Assembly (NCBI GenBank): GCA_947625115.1
Contig: CANQND010000004.1
Span: 3,338 to 67,337, forward strand
Reading direction: 5' to 3'
Length of the DNA stretch: 64,000 nucleotides
Source: an uncultured Clostridia bacterium
Lineage (GTDB): Bacteria; Bacillota; Clostridia; Christensenellales; CAG-314
The notes beneath the pieces are model-generated. The model searched no databases and was not told where the DNA came from. It saw only the letters and a list, made by a program, of their open reading frames with translations. How positions within the stretch are numbered: position 1 is the stretch's first letter; each line of letters starts with the position of its first letter. Made by a program: the position numbers and the translations under genes. Shown here piece by piece: positions 54,749 through 64,000 of the stretch.

Positions 54749-56770
54749 TTATGCTTCGTCAAAAAGCATTTGTCCGTAAGTGGGCAATTGCCAAAATTCC
54801 GCAGGCAGCAGCGTTTCCAACCTGTCCGCCGCTTCGCGCAGAGATTCCGCAAGCGGCAACAGGTTTTCGCGGCAGTAGTGCGCCTTTTCGACGGCGGTTT
54901 TAGTCGCGCACGTTTTCAGCCCCTCTTCCATAGCCGCAGTCAGCAAATTCGCACGTTTAATCAATTTAGCTACTTCCGCCGTACGTTCGCTATCCGCGCC
55001 AATCCCCTGCGCCGAGCGGTACAGGTAGCTTTCCGCACCGCCGAGCAGGTAGCGGCGAAAAATGTAGACAGCCGTTTTCACTTCCGTCAGCACGCTTTCG
55101 GAGTAGTTGCACAGCAACACGTTTTGCCGCGCAAAAATTTCTCTTTGACAAAGCACGTTGTGCCTTTCAAACAAATTTACGTTGTGTGCGTTGGACATCG
55201 CCTCAAATGCTTGCACGGAAGTAAGACTCTTCAAATTGCGCAGTTTTGCTTCCCTTTGCCACTCTTGGCAGTAGTTGTTGCCGTCAAAAATTATTCTTTT
55301 GTGTTTTGCGAACGTTTCGTTTATCAACTCGTTTACGCCTTTCCAAGTGTTGGAGGCGCGCTCCAATCTGTCGGCAAATTGCCGCAAACTTTCGGCAACC
55401 GCCGCGTTGAGGACAGTGTTTACCCAAGCTACGTTTGCCGACGAACCCACCGAGCGAAATTCAAATTTGTTGCCCGTAAAGGCAAAGGGCGAGGTGCGGT
55501 TTCTGTCGGAGCATTTGTCCGTTCGGGGCAGGACGTCTTTGCCGCATTTCCATTTGCCGCTTGCGGCGTAGGCTATCGCGCGTTCTACCGATTGCCCCAA
55601 GAACACCGACATAACCAGCGGCGGGGCTTCCATTCCGCCCAAACGGCAATCGTTTCCGCAAGAGGAGATCGCCGCGCAAAGCAGTTCGCAGTAGTCGTCA
55701 ACCGCCTTTACTATCGCCGCCAAAAAAAGCAAAAACCTCGCGTTTTTCCACCCCATATTGCCCATTTCAAGCAAATTTTCTCCTCTGTCGGTAAGCAACG
55801 ACCAATTGTTGTGCTTGCCGCTCCCGTTAAAGCCGTAAAAGGGCTTTTCGTGCAAAAGACATTCCAAGCCGTGTTTTTTTGCAACTTTGCGCAACACGTT
55901 TTGAACGGCGCAGTTGTGATCGGCGGCAATATCCGCCCGTTCGTAGCAGGGGGCAAGCTCGTATTGGCGGGGAGCCACTTCGCGGTGTTCCGCCTTGACA
56001 ACTATGCCCAATTTCCAAAGTTCTTCGTCAACTTCTTGCCAAAATTCCTCCGTGCGCGCGTCAGGCGGGCAGAAGTAGTTGTCTTGCAACTGCTGTCCTT
56101 TGGGAGGCAACGCTCCGAACAGCGTCCGTCCGCAGTAGACCAAATCGGGACGTCTGTTATACAGTTGCCTGTCTATCAAAAAGTACTCTTGTTCGGCTCC
56201 CACCGCGGCAAAAACTTCTTTGGATTTGTCGCCCAACAGCCCAAGTACGCGCAACGCCTGTTTGTTGAGCGCGGCGTTACTGCGCAGTAAGGGCGTTTTT
56301 ACGTCGAGAATTTCTCCGTTCGCGCCGCAGAACAGACAGGGCAGGTACAAACAGCCGTCGTAAACGTAGGGGTTTGAGTACACGTCCCAACGGGTAAGTC
56401 CTCTTGCACGGTAAATTTGCCGCATACCGCCGCTTGGGAAACTGCTTGCGTCGCTTTCGCCGCGTATCAGCTCCTCCGCGCGGAATTTTACCGTTGCGTT
56501 GCCGTCGCTTTGCAAACTGTACAGGCTGTCGCGTTTGCCCGCGGTAACGTTGTTGAGAGGCCAAAAAGTATGTACGTATTTCGTTGCGCCCTGCGCGATA
56601 GCCCATTTCGACAACGTTTCCGCAAAGATTTGCAGTTGCCTTGACGTAAGCGGTTTGTCCTGCTTGCGGGCGGCAATCACTGCGTTGTACACCGATTTGG
56701 GTAGATATTTTTTCATTTTGTTTTCGTCAAAGACGTTTTCGGCAAAAGTAGCGCGTTTTGTTGTTTTCAT
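54749..56770 (-). CDS. glnN: type III glutamine synthetase
   Basis: ~673 aa from MKTTKRATFAENVFDE. Length and layout match GS type III (KYVHTFWPL, EVAPRQYELAP, HNNWSL motifs). Confidence 0.85.
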   Translation of the reverse strand: MKTTKRATFAENVFDENKMKKYLPKSVYNAVIAARKQDKPLTSRQLQIFAETLSKWAIAQGATKYVHTFWPLNNVTAGKRDSLYSLQSDGNATVKFRAEELIRGESDASSFPSGGMRQIYRARGLTRWDVYSNPYVYDGCLYLPCLFCGANGEILDVKTPLLRSNAALNKQALRVLGLLGDKSKEVFAAVGAEQEYFLIDRQLYNRRPDLVYCGRTLFGALPPKGQQLQDNYFCPPDARTEEFWQEVDEELWKLGIVVKAEHREVAPRQYELAPCYERADIAADHNCAVQNVLRKVAKKHGLECLLHEKPFYGFNGSGKHNNWSLLTDRGENLLEMGNMGWKNARFLLFLAAIVKAVDDYCELLCAAISSCGNDCRLGGMEAPPLVMSVFLGQSVERAIAYAASGKWKCGKDVLPRTDKCSDRNRTSPFAFTGNKFEFRSVGSSANVAWVNTVLNAAVAESLRQFADRLERASNTWKGVNELINETFAKHKRIIFDGNNYCQEWQREAKLRNLKSLTSVQAFEAMSNAHNVNLFERHNVLCQREIFARQNVLLCNYSESVLTEVKTAVYIFRRYLLGGAESYLYRSAQGIGADSERTAEVAKLIKRANLLTAAMEEGLKTCATKTAVEKAHYCRENLLPLAESLREAADRLETLLPAEFWQLPTYGQMLFDEA

Positions 56771-56847
56771 ACGCAAAATTCCTGTTTCACTATATGAATT
56801 GCAAAAGATTTTTGCAACAAAGTTGTTTCTTTTGCACATCTATTTAC

Positions 56848-56876
56848 TTGACAATAAAGCGCGGTATCTGTATAAT
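56848..56876 (+). promoter_or_regulatory. consensus sigma70 promoter of rplM-rpsI
   Basis: TTGACA, 17 nt, TATAAT, followed by a ~125-nt leader. Confidence 0.65.
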
Positions 56877-57000
56877 AAAAAAGCTGTGAGTAATTCGGCG
56901 AGGGTATTTTAAGCTCTGCCCCGCCAGATCCGCATTTCCACTTGGCGGAGATTGCTCAACCGTGAACAGCAATTATCTTAAATTTCAGGAGTAAAACACA

Positions 57001-57435
57001 ATGATAAAGACTTTTATGGCAAATCCCAACGCCGTTGAAAGAAAATGGTACGTGGTGGACGCCGCGGGCAAACCGCTTGGGCGCGTTGCGAGCGTAGTTG
57101 CTTCCGTTCTGCGCGGAAAGAACAAGCCGCAATTTACTCCGCACGTCGATTGCGGAGATTACGTTATCGTAATCAACTGCGACAAGGCGGTGTTGACGGG
57201 TAACAAACTTACGCAAAAAATGTACGTACGCCGCTCTCCCAGACCGGGTCACCTCAAACAAACTCAGTACGCCAAACTTATGGCGGAGAGAAGCGACTTT
57301 GCTATGACGCACGCGGTAAAGGGAATGCTTCCCCACAACAGTTTGGGCAGGCAAATGCTCAAAAAACTTCGCGTGTACAAGGGCGAGGAACACAAGCACG
57401 GGGCGCAACACCCCGAAGTATTGGAGCTGGACTAA
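57001..57435 (+). CDS. rplM: 50S ribosomal protein L13
   Basis: [22 protein letters not shown] signature. Confidence 0.97.
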   Translation: MIKTFMANPNAVERKWYVVDAAGKPLGRVASVVASVLRGKNKPQFTPHVDCGDYVIVINCDKAVLTGNKLTQKMYVRRSPRPGHLKQTQYAKLMAERSDFAMTHAVKGMLPHNSLGRQMLKKLRVYKGEEHKHGAQHPEVLELD

Positions 57436-57449
57436 GGAGGGTATGACAA

Positions 57450-57860
57450 ATGGCTAAGGCAAAAGCAACCAAAAAGGTTCAATTTTGGGGAACGGGCAGA
57501 AGAAAGAAATCTATCGCCCGCGTCAGACTTATCCCCGGCGGAAACGGAACTATCACGATAAACGGTCGCGACATCGATCAATATTTCGGGTTGGACACGT
57601 TGAAGTACATTGTCCGTCAACCCCTCAACGCTACCGACACTCTCGGCAAGTACGACATCTTTGTCAACGTCACGGGCGGCGGCTACACGGGACAGGCAGG
57701 CGCAATTCGCCACGGCATTTCCCGCGCGCTTGTAGTGGCGGGAGAGGACAAGGCAATTCTCAAAAAGAACGGTTTCCTCACGCGCGATCCTCGTATGAAA
57801 GAACGCAAGAAGTACGGCTTGAAGAAAGCCCGCAAAGCTCCGCAATTCAGCAAGAGATAA
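57450..57860 (+). CDS. rpsI: 30S ribosomal protein S9
   Basis: [12 protein letters not shown]... and C-terminal [12 protein letters not shown]. Confidence 0.97.
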   Translation: MAKAKATKKVQFWGTGRRKKSIARVRLIPGGNGTITINGRDIDQYFGLDTLKYIVRQPLNATDTLGKYDIFVNVTGGGYTGQAGAIRHGISRALVVAGEDKAILKKNGFLTRDPRMKERKKYGLKKARKAPQFSKR

Positions 57861-57896
57861 TTTTATCCGTTGCTTGCGGCAAAGTTCGTATCGACG

Positions 57897-57927
57897 CCCC
57901 GACGTTTTCGTCGGGGTTGTTTTTTTT
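57897..57927 (+). terminator. rho-independent terminator
   Basis: CCCCGACG-tttt-CGTCGGGG followed by TTGTTTTTTTT. Confidence 0.85.
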
Positions 57928-58087
57928 CTCTATGGCAAATGTCGGGGTTAAAAACCGATTTGGCGCAGAAGTCGGTTTCTATTTACTTCCGAACCCGACG
58001 TTTCTAACGGGAAAGTTGCTTTTTTGCGGAAATTTACTCGGCGTTTTGCCCAAAACAAATCAAACGCGGTCAACAAGCGTGCGGCGT

Positions 58088-58116
58088 TTGCAATTTTTTG
58101 CAAAAAGCATTACAAT
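58088..58116 (+). promoter_or_regulatory. sigma70-type promoter ending 6 nt before the start codon (possible leaderless mRNA)
   Basis: TTGCAA, 17 nt, TACAAT (58111-58116). ATG at 58123 with no RBS in between. Confidence 0.45.
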
Positions 58117-58122
58117 GTAGCT

Positions 58123-60639
58123 ATGAAAAAAGATTTTTCCGTACCCAACAAAATCGAAGTGCGCGGCGGACGCGTACACAACCTCAAAAACATAAACGTA
58201 GACGTGCCTCTCAACAAAATAGTGGGCGTTGCGGGCGTATCAGGCTCGGGCAAGTCGTCGCTTGCATTGGGCATTTTGTATGCGGAGGGGAGCAGGCGTT
58301 ATCTGGAATCTCTTTCCACCTACACGCGGCGGCGAATGACTCAGGCGGAAAGGGCAGGCGTAGACGACGTTTTGTACGTACCTGCGGCTTTGGCGTTGCG
58401 GCAACGTCCCGCCGTACCGAGCATACGAAGCACATTCGGCACGGGTACGGAATTGCTCAACAGCCTCAGACTAATGTTTTCGCGATTGGCAAGTCATCGC
58501 TGTCCCAACGGACACTATGTTCCTCCGTCGCTTGCCGTTGCCGCGGGGTTGGAACTTGTGTGTCCCGTCTGCGGCGAACGCTTTTTTGCGCCGAGCGCGG
58601 AGGAGTTGTCTTTCAACAGTCAGGGCGCGTGCAAACGTTGCGACGGTACAGGTATCGTTCGCATAGTGGACGAATCCACGTTGGTTCCCGACGAATCGCT
58701 GTCGATAGATCAAGGCGCGGTAGCTCCTTGGCAAACGTTGATGTGGTCGTTGATGAAAGATATTTGCCGCGCAATGGGCGTAAGGACGGACGTGCCGTTT
58801 TGCCAATTGACAAAGGAAGAGCGCGAGATTGTCTTTCACGGTCCCGCCGTAAAAAAGAACATAATCTACCAAAACAAAACCAGCGGCGCAATGGGCGATA
58901 TGGACTTTACCTACTTTAACGCCACCTACACGGTGGAAAACGCCCTTTCCAAAGTAAAGGACGAAAAGGGTATGAAGCGCGTAGAAAAGTTTTTGCGGCA
59001 GGACGTTTGCTCCGATTGCGGCGGAACAAGACTTTCCGAACAAGCCCGCGCTCCGAAAATCAACGGGCTGTCGCTATCCGACGTCTGCAAAATGACCCTT
59101 TCGGAAGCGTCCGAGTGGGTGGCAAGCGTTCCTGCCTCTTTGCCGAGCGAAATGCGCAAAATGGCGGAAAATATCTGCGAGTCCTTTTCCGACGCGGCAA
59201 AACGCCTTACGGACTTGGGCTTGTCCTATCTCACGCTGGATCGCGCCTCTTCAACGCTTTCCACGGGCGAACGGCAACGTATGCAGTTGGCTCGGGCTGT
59301 ACGCAACCGCACAACGGGCGTGTTGTACGTTTTGGACGAGCCGTCGATAGGCTTGCACCCCTCCAACCTCGACGGGCTTTTGGGAGTAATGGACGATTTG
59401 ATTGCCGACGGCAACTCGGTGGTGTTTGTGGATCACGACGTAAACGTGCTTGCCCACGCGGATCACATTATCGAACTCGGACCGAAAGCGGGCGCAGAGG
59501 GCGGCGAAATTATCGCAGAGGGCAGTCCTCGCGCGTTGAGCGAGAACCCCGCCTCTCGTATAGGCGAATTTATCTTCGGCAAAAAAGTAACCGTGAGAGA
59601 GGGCGTCGCCCCCGACAAAATGTTTGAATACGGCGCGATAACCCTCTCCACCGAGCAATTGCACACTGTTTCGCCGTTGGAAGTGAGTTTTCCCAAAGGT
59701 CGCCTCACCGTGGTTACGGGCGTTTCGGGTTCGGGCAAAACCACGCTTGTGTTGGAAAGTCTGATACCCGCTTTGCAAGCCTGCGTAAAGGGTATGGCGT
59801 TGCCTAAGCACGTAAAGAAAATTTCGGCGGAGGGCGTTGCGCAGGTCAAGCCCATCGACTCTGCGCCCATAGGGATAAACGTGCGTTCCACAGTCGCCAC
59901 CTACGCCGACGTTCACGACGAATTGCGCAAAGTTTTCGCCAAAACGCCCGACGCAAAAAAACACGGCTACAAAGACGGCGATTTCAGTTACAACACGGGC
60001 AAACTGCGCTGTTCCGCCTGCGACGGCACGGGAATAATAAATCTTGACGTTCAGTTTTTGCCCGACGTGCAGATTACCTGCCCCGATTGCGGCGGTTCGC
60101 GCTATTCCAAAGAGGCGAGCCTCGTACGGCGAGAGAGCGGCGGCGTGGCTCATTCCCTGCCCGAATTGATGGATATGAGCGTGGACGAGGCTTTGCAGGC
60201 GTGTGCGGATCTGCCCCTTGTGGAACGCCGCCTGCGCGTGTTGCACAACCTCGGGTTGGGCTATCTCACACTCGGCGAGGAAACGCCCTCTCTTTCGGGC
60301 GGAGAGGCGCAACGGCTCAAACTCGCAAGCGAAATGGGCAAAGGACAGTCGGACTCGGTGTTTGTTTTCGACGAACCGACGATAGGCTTGCACCCGTTGG
60401 ACGTGGAAGTGCTGTTGAAAGTTTTCCAAAGCCTTATCGACAGCGGCGCGACGGTAATCGTTATCGAACACGACCTCGACGTCATTTCCAACGCCGACTA
60501 CATTGTGGATATGGGACCGGGCGGAGGCGCGGAGGGCGGCAGAGTGGTGGCTGCGGGAACGCCTCGTCAAATTTGCGACGATCCGTTTAGCGTAACGGGC
60601 AGATATTTGAAGAAGTATCTAAACAGAAGCGGCGATTGA
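58123..60639 (+). CDS. UvrA-family ABC ATPase paralogue (short form, apparently without a UvrB-binding domain)
   Basis: IEVRGGRVHNLKNI, GVSGSGKSS (twice), LSTGERQRM / LSGGEAQRL signatures, zinc modules. 838 aa from MKKDFSVPNK. Confidence 0.85.
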   Translation: MKKDFSVPNKIEVRGGRVHNLKNINVDVPLNKIVGVAGVSGSGKSSLALGILYAEGSRRYLESLSTYTRRRMTQAERAGVDDVLYVPAALALRQRPAVPSIRSTFGTGTELLNSLRLMFSRLASHRCPNGHYVPPSLAVAAGLELVCPVCGERFFAPSAEELSFNSQGACKRCDGTGIVRIVDESTLVPDESLSIDQGAVAPWQTLMWSLMKDICRAMGVRTDVPFCQLTKEEREIVFHGPAVKKNIIYQNKTSGAMGDMDFTYFNATYTVENALSKVKDEKGMKRVEKFLRQDVCSDCGGTRLSEQARAPKINGLSLSDVCKMTLSEASEWVASVPASLPSEMRKMAENICESFSDAAKRLTDLGLSYLTLDRASSTLSTGERQRMQLARAVRNRTTGVLYVLDEPSIGLHPSNLDGLLGVMDDLIADGNSVVFVDHDVNVLAHADHIIELGPKAGAEGGEIIAEGSPRALSENPASRIGEFIFGKKVTVREGVAPDKMFEYGAITLSTEQLHTVSPLEVSFPKGRLTVVTGVSGSGKTTLVLESLIPALQACVKGMALPKHVKKISAEGVAQVKPIDSAPIGINVRSTVATYADVHDELRKVFAKTPDAKKHGYKDGDFSYNTGKLRCSACDGTGIINLDVQFLPDVQITCPDCGGSRYSKEASLVRRESGGVAHSLPELMDMSVDEALQACADLPLVERRLRVLHNLGLGYLTLGEETPSLSGGEAQRLKLASEMGKGQSDSVFVFDEPTIGLHPLDVEVLLKVFQSLIDSGATVIVIEHDLDVISNADYIVDMGPGGGAEGGRVVAAGTPRQICDDPFSVTGRYLKKYLNRSGD

Positions 60640-60658
60640 TTTTCTCGCCGCAAGATAA

Positions 60659-60697
60659 AGCGAAGTTGCCTTTTGACGGAAAACTTCGCTTTTTTTC
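60659..60697 (+). terminator. rho-independent terminator
   Basis: AGCGAAGTT-n14-AACTTCGCT followed by T7. Confidence 0.75.
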
Positions 60698-60757
60698 GCC
60701 CTTTTGCGGAAAAAACATTTCGGCGCGATTGCTTGCGCAGGTGTTTTGCGCATACGG

Positions 60758-60786
60758 TTGACTTATATTCGGCGTATGGCTATAAT
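60758..60786 (+). promoter_or_regulatory. consensus-like sigma70 promoter
   Basis: TTGACT, 17 nt, TATAAT. Confidence 0.6.
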
Positions 60787-60814
60787 ATAGTAGTCTGTAA
60801 ATTACGGAGGAAAA

Positions 60815-61531
60815 ATGTTCAGTTCTGAGTATTGGTACATAGGTGTGTTGACCTTGCTGTTGATGACAATGGAAGTTATCGCTTCGTTGTTTTTGGTAAA
60901 AAGCAAGTGGGCGACGCGCATTTTTCTGTGGATATTTGCAATATACGTAGTGGTAACGCAAGCGGTGGAACTATCCGAAACAAAAGTTTTCTCTTGGGCT
61001 CTTTCCACAATATCCTATTGGTTGTTTGTTTTGGGAGTTATCTGCCCCGTTCGCCCCGTTAAGAGCGCGTGCGCCGTTTTCGCTTTTATGGCGGGCGGCG
61101 GATATATGATAGGTTTCTTGGTAAAACCCGAGATGTTGACGCATATGGGCGGCTTTTCCATAGGCTATATGCAGGGGTTTGTCATTCACAACGTGTTGTT
61201 TGTCGGTTCGTTGCTGTTGCTTTCGCAATTTCGTATGCGGCGTTACGATATGGCATTGGCGGGCGGTATTCTGGCGGTAATAGTGCTGTTTACCGAGCTG
61301 GGCAAGTACGTGTTCGGTTGGACGATGATAAACGGCTTTCTCGAAGGTATGGTGGAGGCAAGCGTACTCAAAACGGAGTACTTCCCGAATTTGCAGTTGA
61401 CTTGGTGGTGGTACATTTTGTGGTACGTGGCGTTGTTGGCGTTGCTGTGGGGCATTTGGGAGTTGCTTTGTTTCGTCAATCGCAGATTGTTGCGTTACAG
61501 CCAACCCTCCTGCGAAAAATACGTTTGGTAA
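60815..61531 (+). CDS. integral membrane protein, unknown function
   Basis: 238 aa, about 7 hydrophobic helices, GGAGG RBS. Confidence 0.6.
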   Translation: MFSSEYWYIGVLTLLLMTMEVIASLFLVKSKWATRIFLWIFAIYVVVTQAVELSETKVFSWALSTISYWLFVLGVICPVRPVKSACAVFAFMAGGGYMIGFLVKPEMLTHMGGFSIGYMQGFVIHNVLFVGSLLLLSQFRMRRYDMALAGGILAVIVLFTELGKYVFGWTMINGFLEGMVEASVLKTEYFPNLQLTWWWYILWYVALLALLWGIWELLCFVNRRLLRYSQPSCEKYVW

Positions 61532-61619
61532 AAAACGTCAATTACAATGCAAAACTGACAGAATTTTTCATTCTGTACAGGGCGCGTTGTAGTACAATGT
61601 TACGGTACAAAGGAGATAT

Positions 61620-62519
61620 ATGAAAAAGATAGCGATAGTAGGCGGCGGCGTAGCGGGGCTTTCCGCGGCAATCTACGCACTCAGAAGCGGCGCGGAAGTG
61701 ACTATTTTTGAACAGTTCGGTTTGGGCGGATTGGCTTCCACCATCGACAAAATAGAAAATTTCCCCTCTTACGCCTCGGTGGAGGGGTGGAAACTTTGTA
61801 GCGATATGGCGGCTCAGGCAAAGGCACTCGGGCTTAAAACCGTTCGTCAAAGGGTGCTTTCTCTCGAAAGATCCGACGGCGGCTTCGCCGTGGTTACGGA
61901 CAAAGCTCGGTACGATTTCCCCGCCGTTGTCGTAGCAACGGGTACAAGCCACAACAAATTGGGCATAGAGGGAGATTACGTAGGTCACGGCGTAAGTTAC
62001 TGCGCAACCTGCGACGGCGCGTTTTTCCGCGGAAAACCCGTCGCTGTGGCGGGCGGCGGCAGGACGGCTGTCAGCGAAGCGACTTACCTTGCGGATATAT
62101 GTTCCGAAGTGTACGTCGTCACCCCTCAACCGAATTTTTCCGCCGAGGACAAAGCGGTACAAGCTCTTTTGGCGCACTCCAACGTTACGCCCCTGTTCAA
62201 CACCGCGCTCTATGAAATTTTCGGCGACGGTGAAGTGGAGGCGGTGGGGCTTTTTGAAAACGGTCAAAGCCGTAGGCTTACCGTTTCCGCGCTGTTTGTG
62301 GCTACGGGCGCGGCTCCCGTTACCGATTTCGTCCGCGTAGAGGGCGTAAAAACAAATCGCGGTTATCTGGTCGTTGACGGACGTTGCGAAACAAGCGTAA
62401 AGGGGCTGTTTGCGGCGGGCGACGTCACCGACGGCAGTCTGAAACAAATAGTTACGGCATGCGCCGACGGCGCAAAAGCAGGTTCCTTTGCCGCGGCTTT
62501 TTCGGCAACGGTAAAATAA
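61620..62519 (+). CDS. trxB: thioredoxin-disulfide reductase
   Basis: IVGGGVAGLSAA FAD motif, redox-active CATCDG, GGGRTA NADPH motif, GDV FAD motif. Confidence 0.9.
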   Translation: MKKIAIVGGGVAGLSAAIYALRSGAEVTIFEQFGLGGLASTIDKIENFPSYASVEGWKLCSDMAAQAKALGLKTVRQRVLSLERSDGGFAVVTDKARYDFPAVVVATGTSHNKLGIEGDYVGHGVSYCATCDGAFFRGKPVAVAGGGRTAVSEATYLADICSEVYVVTPQPNFSAEDKAVQALLAHSNVTPLFNTALYEIFGDGEVEAVGLFENGQSRRLTVSALFVATGAAPVTDFVRVEGVKTNRGYLVVDGRCETSVKGLFAAGDVTDGSLKQIVTACADGAKAGSFAAAFSATVK

Positions 62520-62572
62520 AAAATCAAATCCATTCCACCAAAGAAAAACAAATTTTATCGGGAGAGTAAAAT

Positions 62573-63874
62573 ATGAATTTCTTCGGTACGGACGGAATAC
62601 GCGGAACGTATGGCAGTACCCTCAAAGACAGTACTGCCTTTTTGCTTGGAAAAAGTCTTTCTCTTTTGGGAGATTGTCCCATTATCGTCATTGCCCGCGA
62701 CACGCGGCTGTCGGGCGACGCCCTTTTCGGAGCGTTGGCGCAGGGCGTATATGCAGGGGGCGGCAACGTTATCAATCTCGGCATTTTGCCCACCAACGCA
62801 GTGGGACACTTTGTGCGCAAGTTGGGCGGCGACTACGGAGTTATGATAACGGCAAGTCACAACAAGCCCGAGGACAACGGCTTGAAAGTGTTCGACCGCT
62901 ACGGCGTAAAATTGTGCGCGTCCAAGCAGATAGCCGTTTCGCGAATGATGTCCGCCCTTGTAAACGAGCGCGCCGAAGAAAACAAAATTTACGAACCCGT
63001 GTTTTACGACATAGATAATATCTACTGCGACGACGTGTTGCGTGCCGTGGGCGTAAAACTGCCCTTTGTAAAAGTGGCTCTCGATTGCTGTTACGGCGCG
63101 GCGTACCGCGTTGCTCCGATGATTTTTGCCAAAGCGGGCGCGGACGTAATCGCTTACTGCAATCAAAGCTCGGGCGGACGGATAAACGTCGATTGCGGCG
63201 CGACTCACACCGAATTTTTGGCGCAAAAGATGTCCGAAAACGGTTGCGCGCTGGGTTTTGCGTTCGACGGCGACGCCGACCGTCTTGCGGTGTTCGAGGG
63301 CGCGGAACAAGTACCCAACAACCGAGTGTTCTACGGCATAGCAAAGTATCTCAAAGAAACGGGTAAACTGCATGGCAACGCCGTTTGCGGGACGGTGTTG
63401 ACAAACGGCGGCGTGGAGCAGGCTCTTTCCAAATTGGGCATACGCCTTGTTCGATCCGCAGTGGGCGACAGCAACGTATTTGACAAAATGGTGGAGCTAA
63501 GCCTCAATTTCGGCGGCGAGGAGAGCGGTCACTACCTTGTGACGGACTACGCCACAGGAAGCGACGCTTTGGTAAACGCGCTGTTTGTGTGCAAGATATT
63601 TGCGGAAAAGGGCAGTATTCTCAACTACACCGTCGAATGTGTAGACAAACCTTGCGCCAGCGCAAGCATACCGATAACGCGCGCCAACGGCAAATTGACC
63701 ACTGACGCAAGTTTGGCAACGACAGCCAAGCGGATAGTCACGCTGTTTCCCTCCTGCCGAATAGTACTCAGGCGCAGCGGTACGGAAAACGCCGTTCGCG
63801 CCTACCTCGAAGGCGACGAAGCGTCGGCGGCGTTAAAAGAAGTGGTTGCCACATTTGCCCAAACGGATAAGTAA
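62573..63874 (+). CDS. glmM: phosphoglucosamine mutase
   Basis: FGTDGIRG, TASHNKPEDNGLK (phosphoserine loop), FDGDADR, GGEESGH motifs. Confidence 0.92.
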   Translation: MNFFGTDGIRGTYGSTLKDSTAFLLGKSLSLLGDCPIIVIARDTRLSGDALFGALAQGVYAGGGNVINLGILPTNAVGHFVRKLGGDYGVMITASHNKPEDNGLKVFDRYGVKLCASKQIAVSRMMSALVNERAEENKIYEPVFYDIDNIYCDDVLRAVGVKLPFVKVALDCCYGAAYRVAPMIFAKAGADVIAYCNQSSGGRINVDCGATHTEFLAQKMSENGCALGFAFDGDADRLAVFEGAEQVPNNRVFYGIAKYLKETGKLHGNAVCGTVLTNGGVEQALSKLGIRLVRSAVGDSNVFDKMVELSLNFGGEESGHYLVTDYATGSDALVNALFVCKIFAEKGSILNYTVECVDKPCASASIPITRANGKLTTDASLATTAKRIVTLFPSCRIVLRRSGTENAVRAYLEGDEASAALKEVVATFAQTDK

Positions 63875-64000
63875 AATCATAAAAAATTTTTTTGAAAAAG
63901 TTTTGCGGCGCGGGAACAAACATAGGTTTGCTTCTGTGTCCAATCGGGGTTTTCACGCGTAAATTTGCAAATGCCGCCCTCGCGGCGCACGCGCCCCGTA

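Overview
This looks like a chromosomal window from a Clostridia-type Firmicute. That guess rests only on gene order (obg-yhbY, comEA-like/comEC/holA, lspA-rluD, tig-clpP-clpX-lon-engB, rplM-rpsI), GGAGG-type RBS and some GTG/TTG starts. I can support about 56 protein genes and one tRNA-Glu(CUC). Housekeeping blocks at 1-19.4 kb and 35.3-64 kb bracket a ~16-kb accessory stretch (19.6-34.9 kb) that has no integrase or transposase. The accessory stretch has three parts. (i) 19.66-25.08 kb: a controller(XRE)-regulated module with an NPPY-less methyltransferase-like protein, an Eco57I-type N6-adenine methyltransferase, and a 945-aa protein combining a T5orf172/GIY-YIG-like nuclease domain, an SF2 helicase and a PcrA/UvrD-like C-terminal tail. 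(ii) 26.2-29.4 kb: an AT-rich island with an orphan ComEC-type MBL-fold protein and a compact type II R-M pair abutting the tRNA. (iii) 29.7-34.9 kb: an SRAP (YedK-like) gene, a Sel1-repeat protein, and my top candidate for an undescribed system. That candidate is a WYL-domain regulator co-transcribed with a 411-aa protein that keeps the motif order and all four Fe-S cysteines of family-4 uracil-DNA glycosylases. It is followed by a small membrane protein and an SMC/ABC-head-like protein with ablated Walker motifs. Other notable points: hairpin-rich mosaic intergenic repeats at four or more loci with compensatory stem changes; a G9 tract inside the promoter spacer of a surface-lipoprotein gene; a 969-aa lipoprotein built of Cys/His modules; a NifU-like/GGGtGRT pair; and several enzyme homologues that have lost catalytic residues (NagA-like, ATCase-like, ComEC MBL domain). 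All calls come from reading translations and motifs by eye. No database search or computation was possible, so family names are recognition-level hypotheses.
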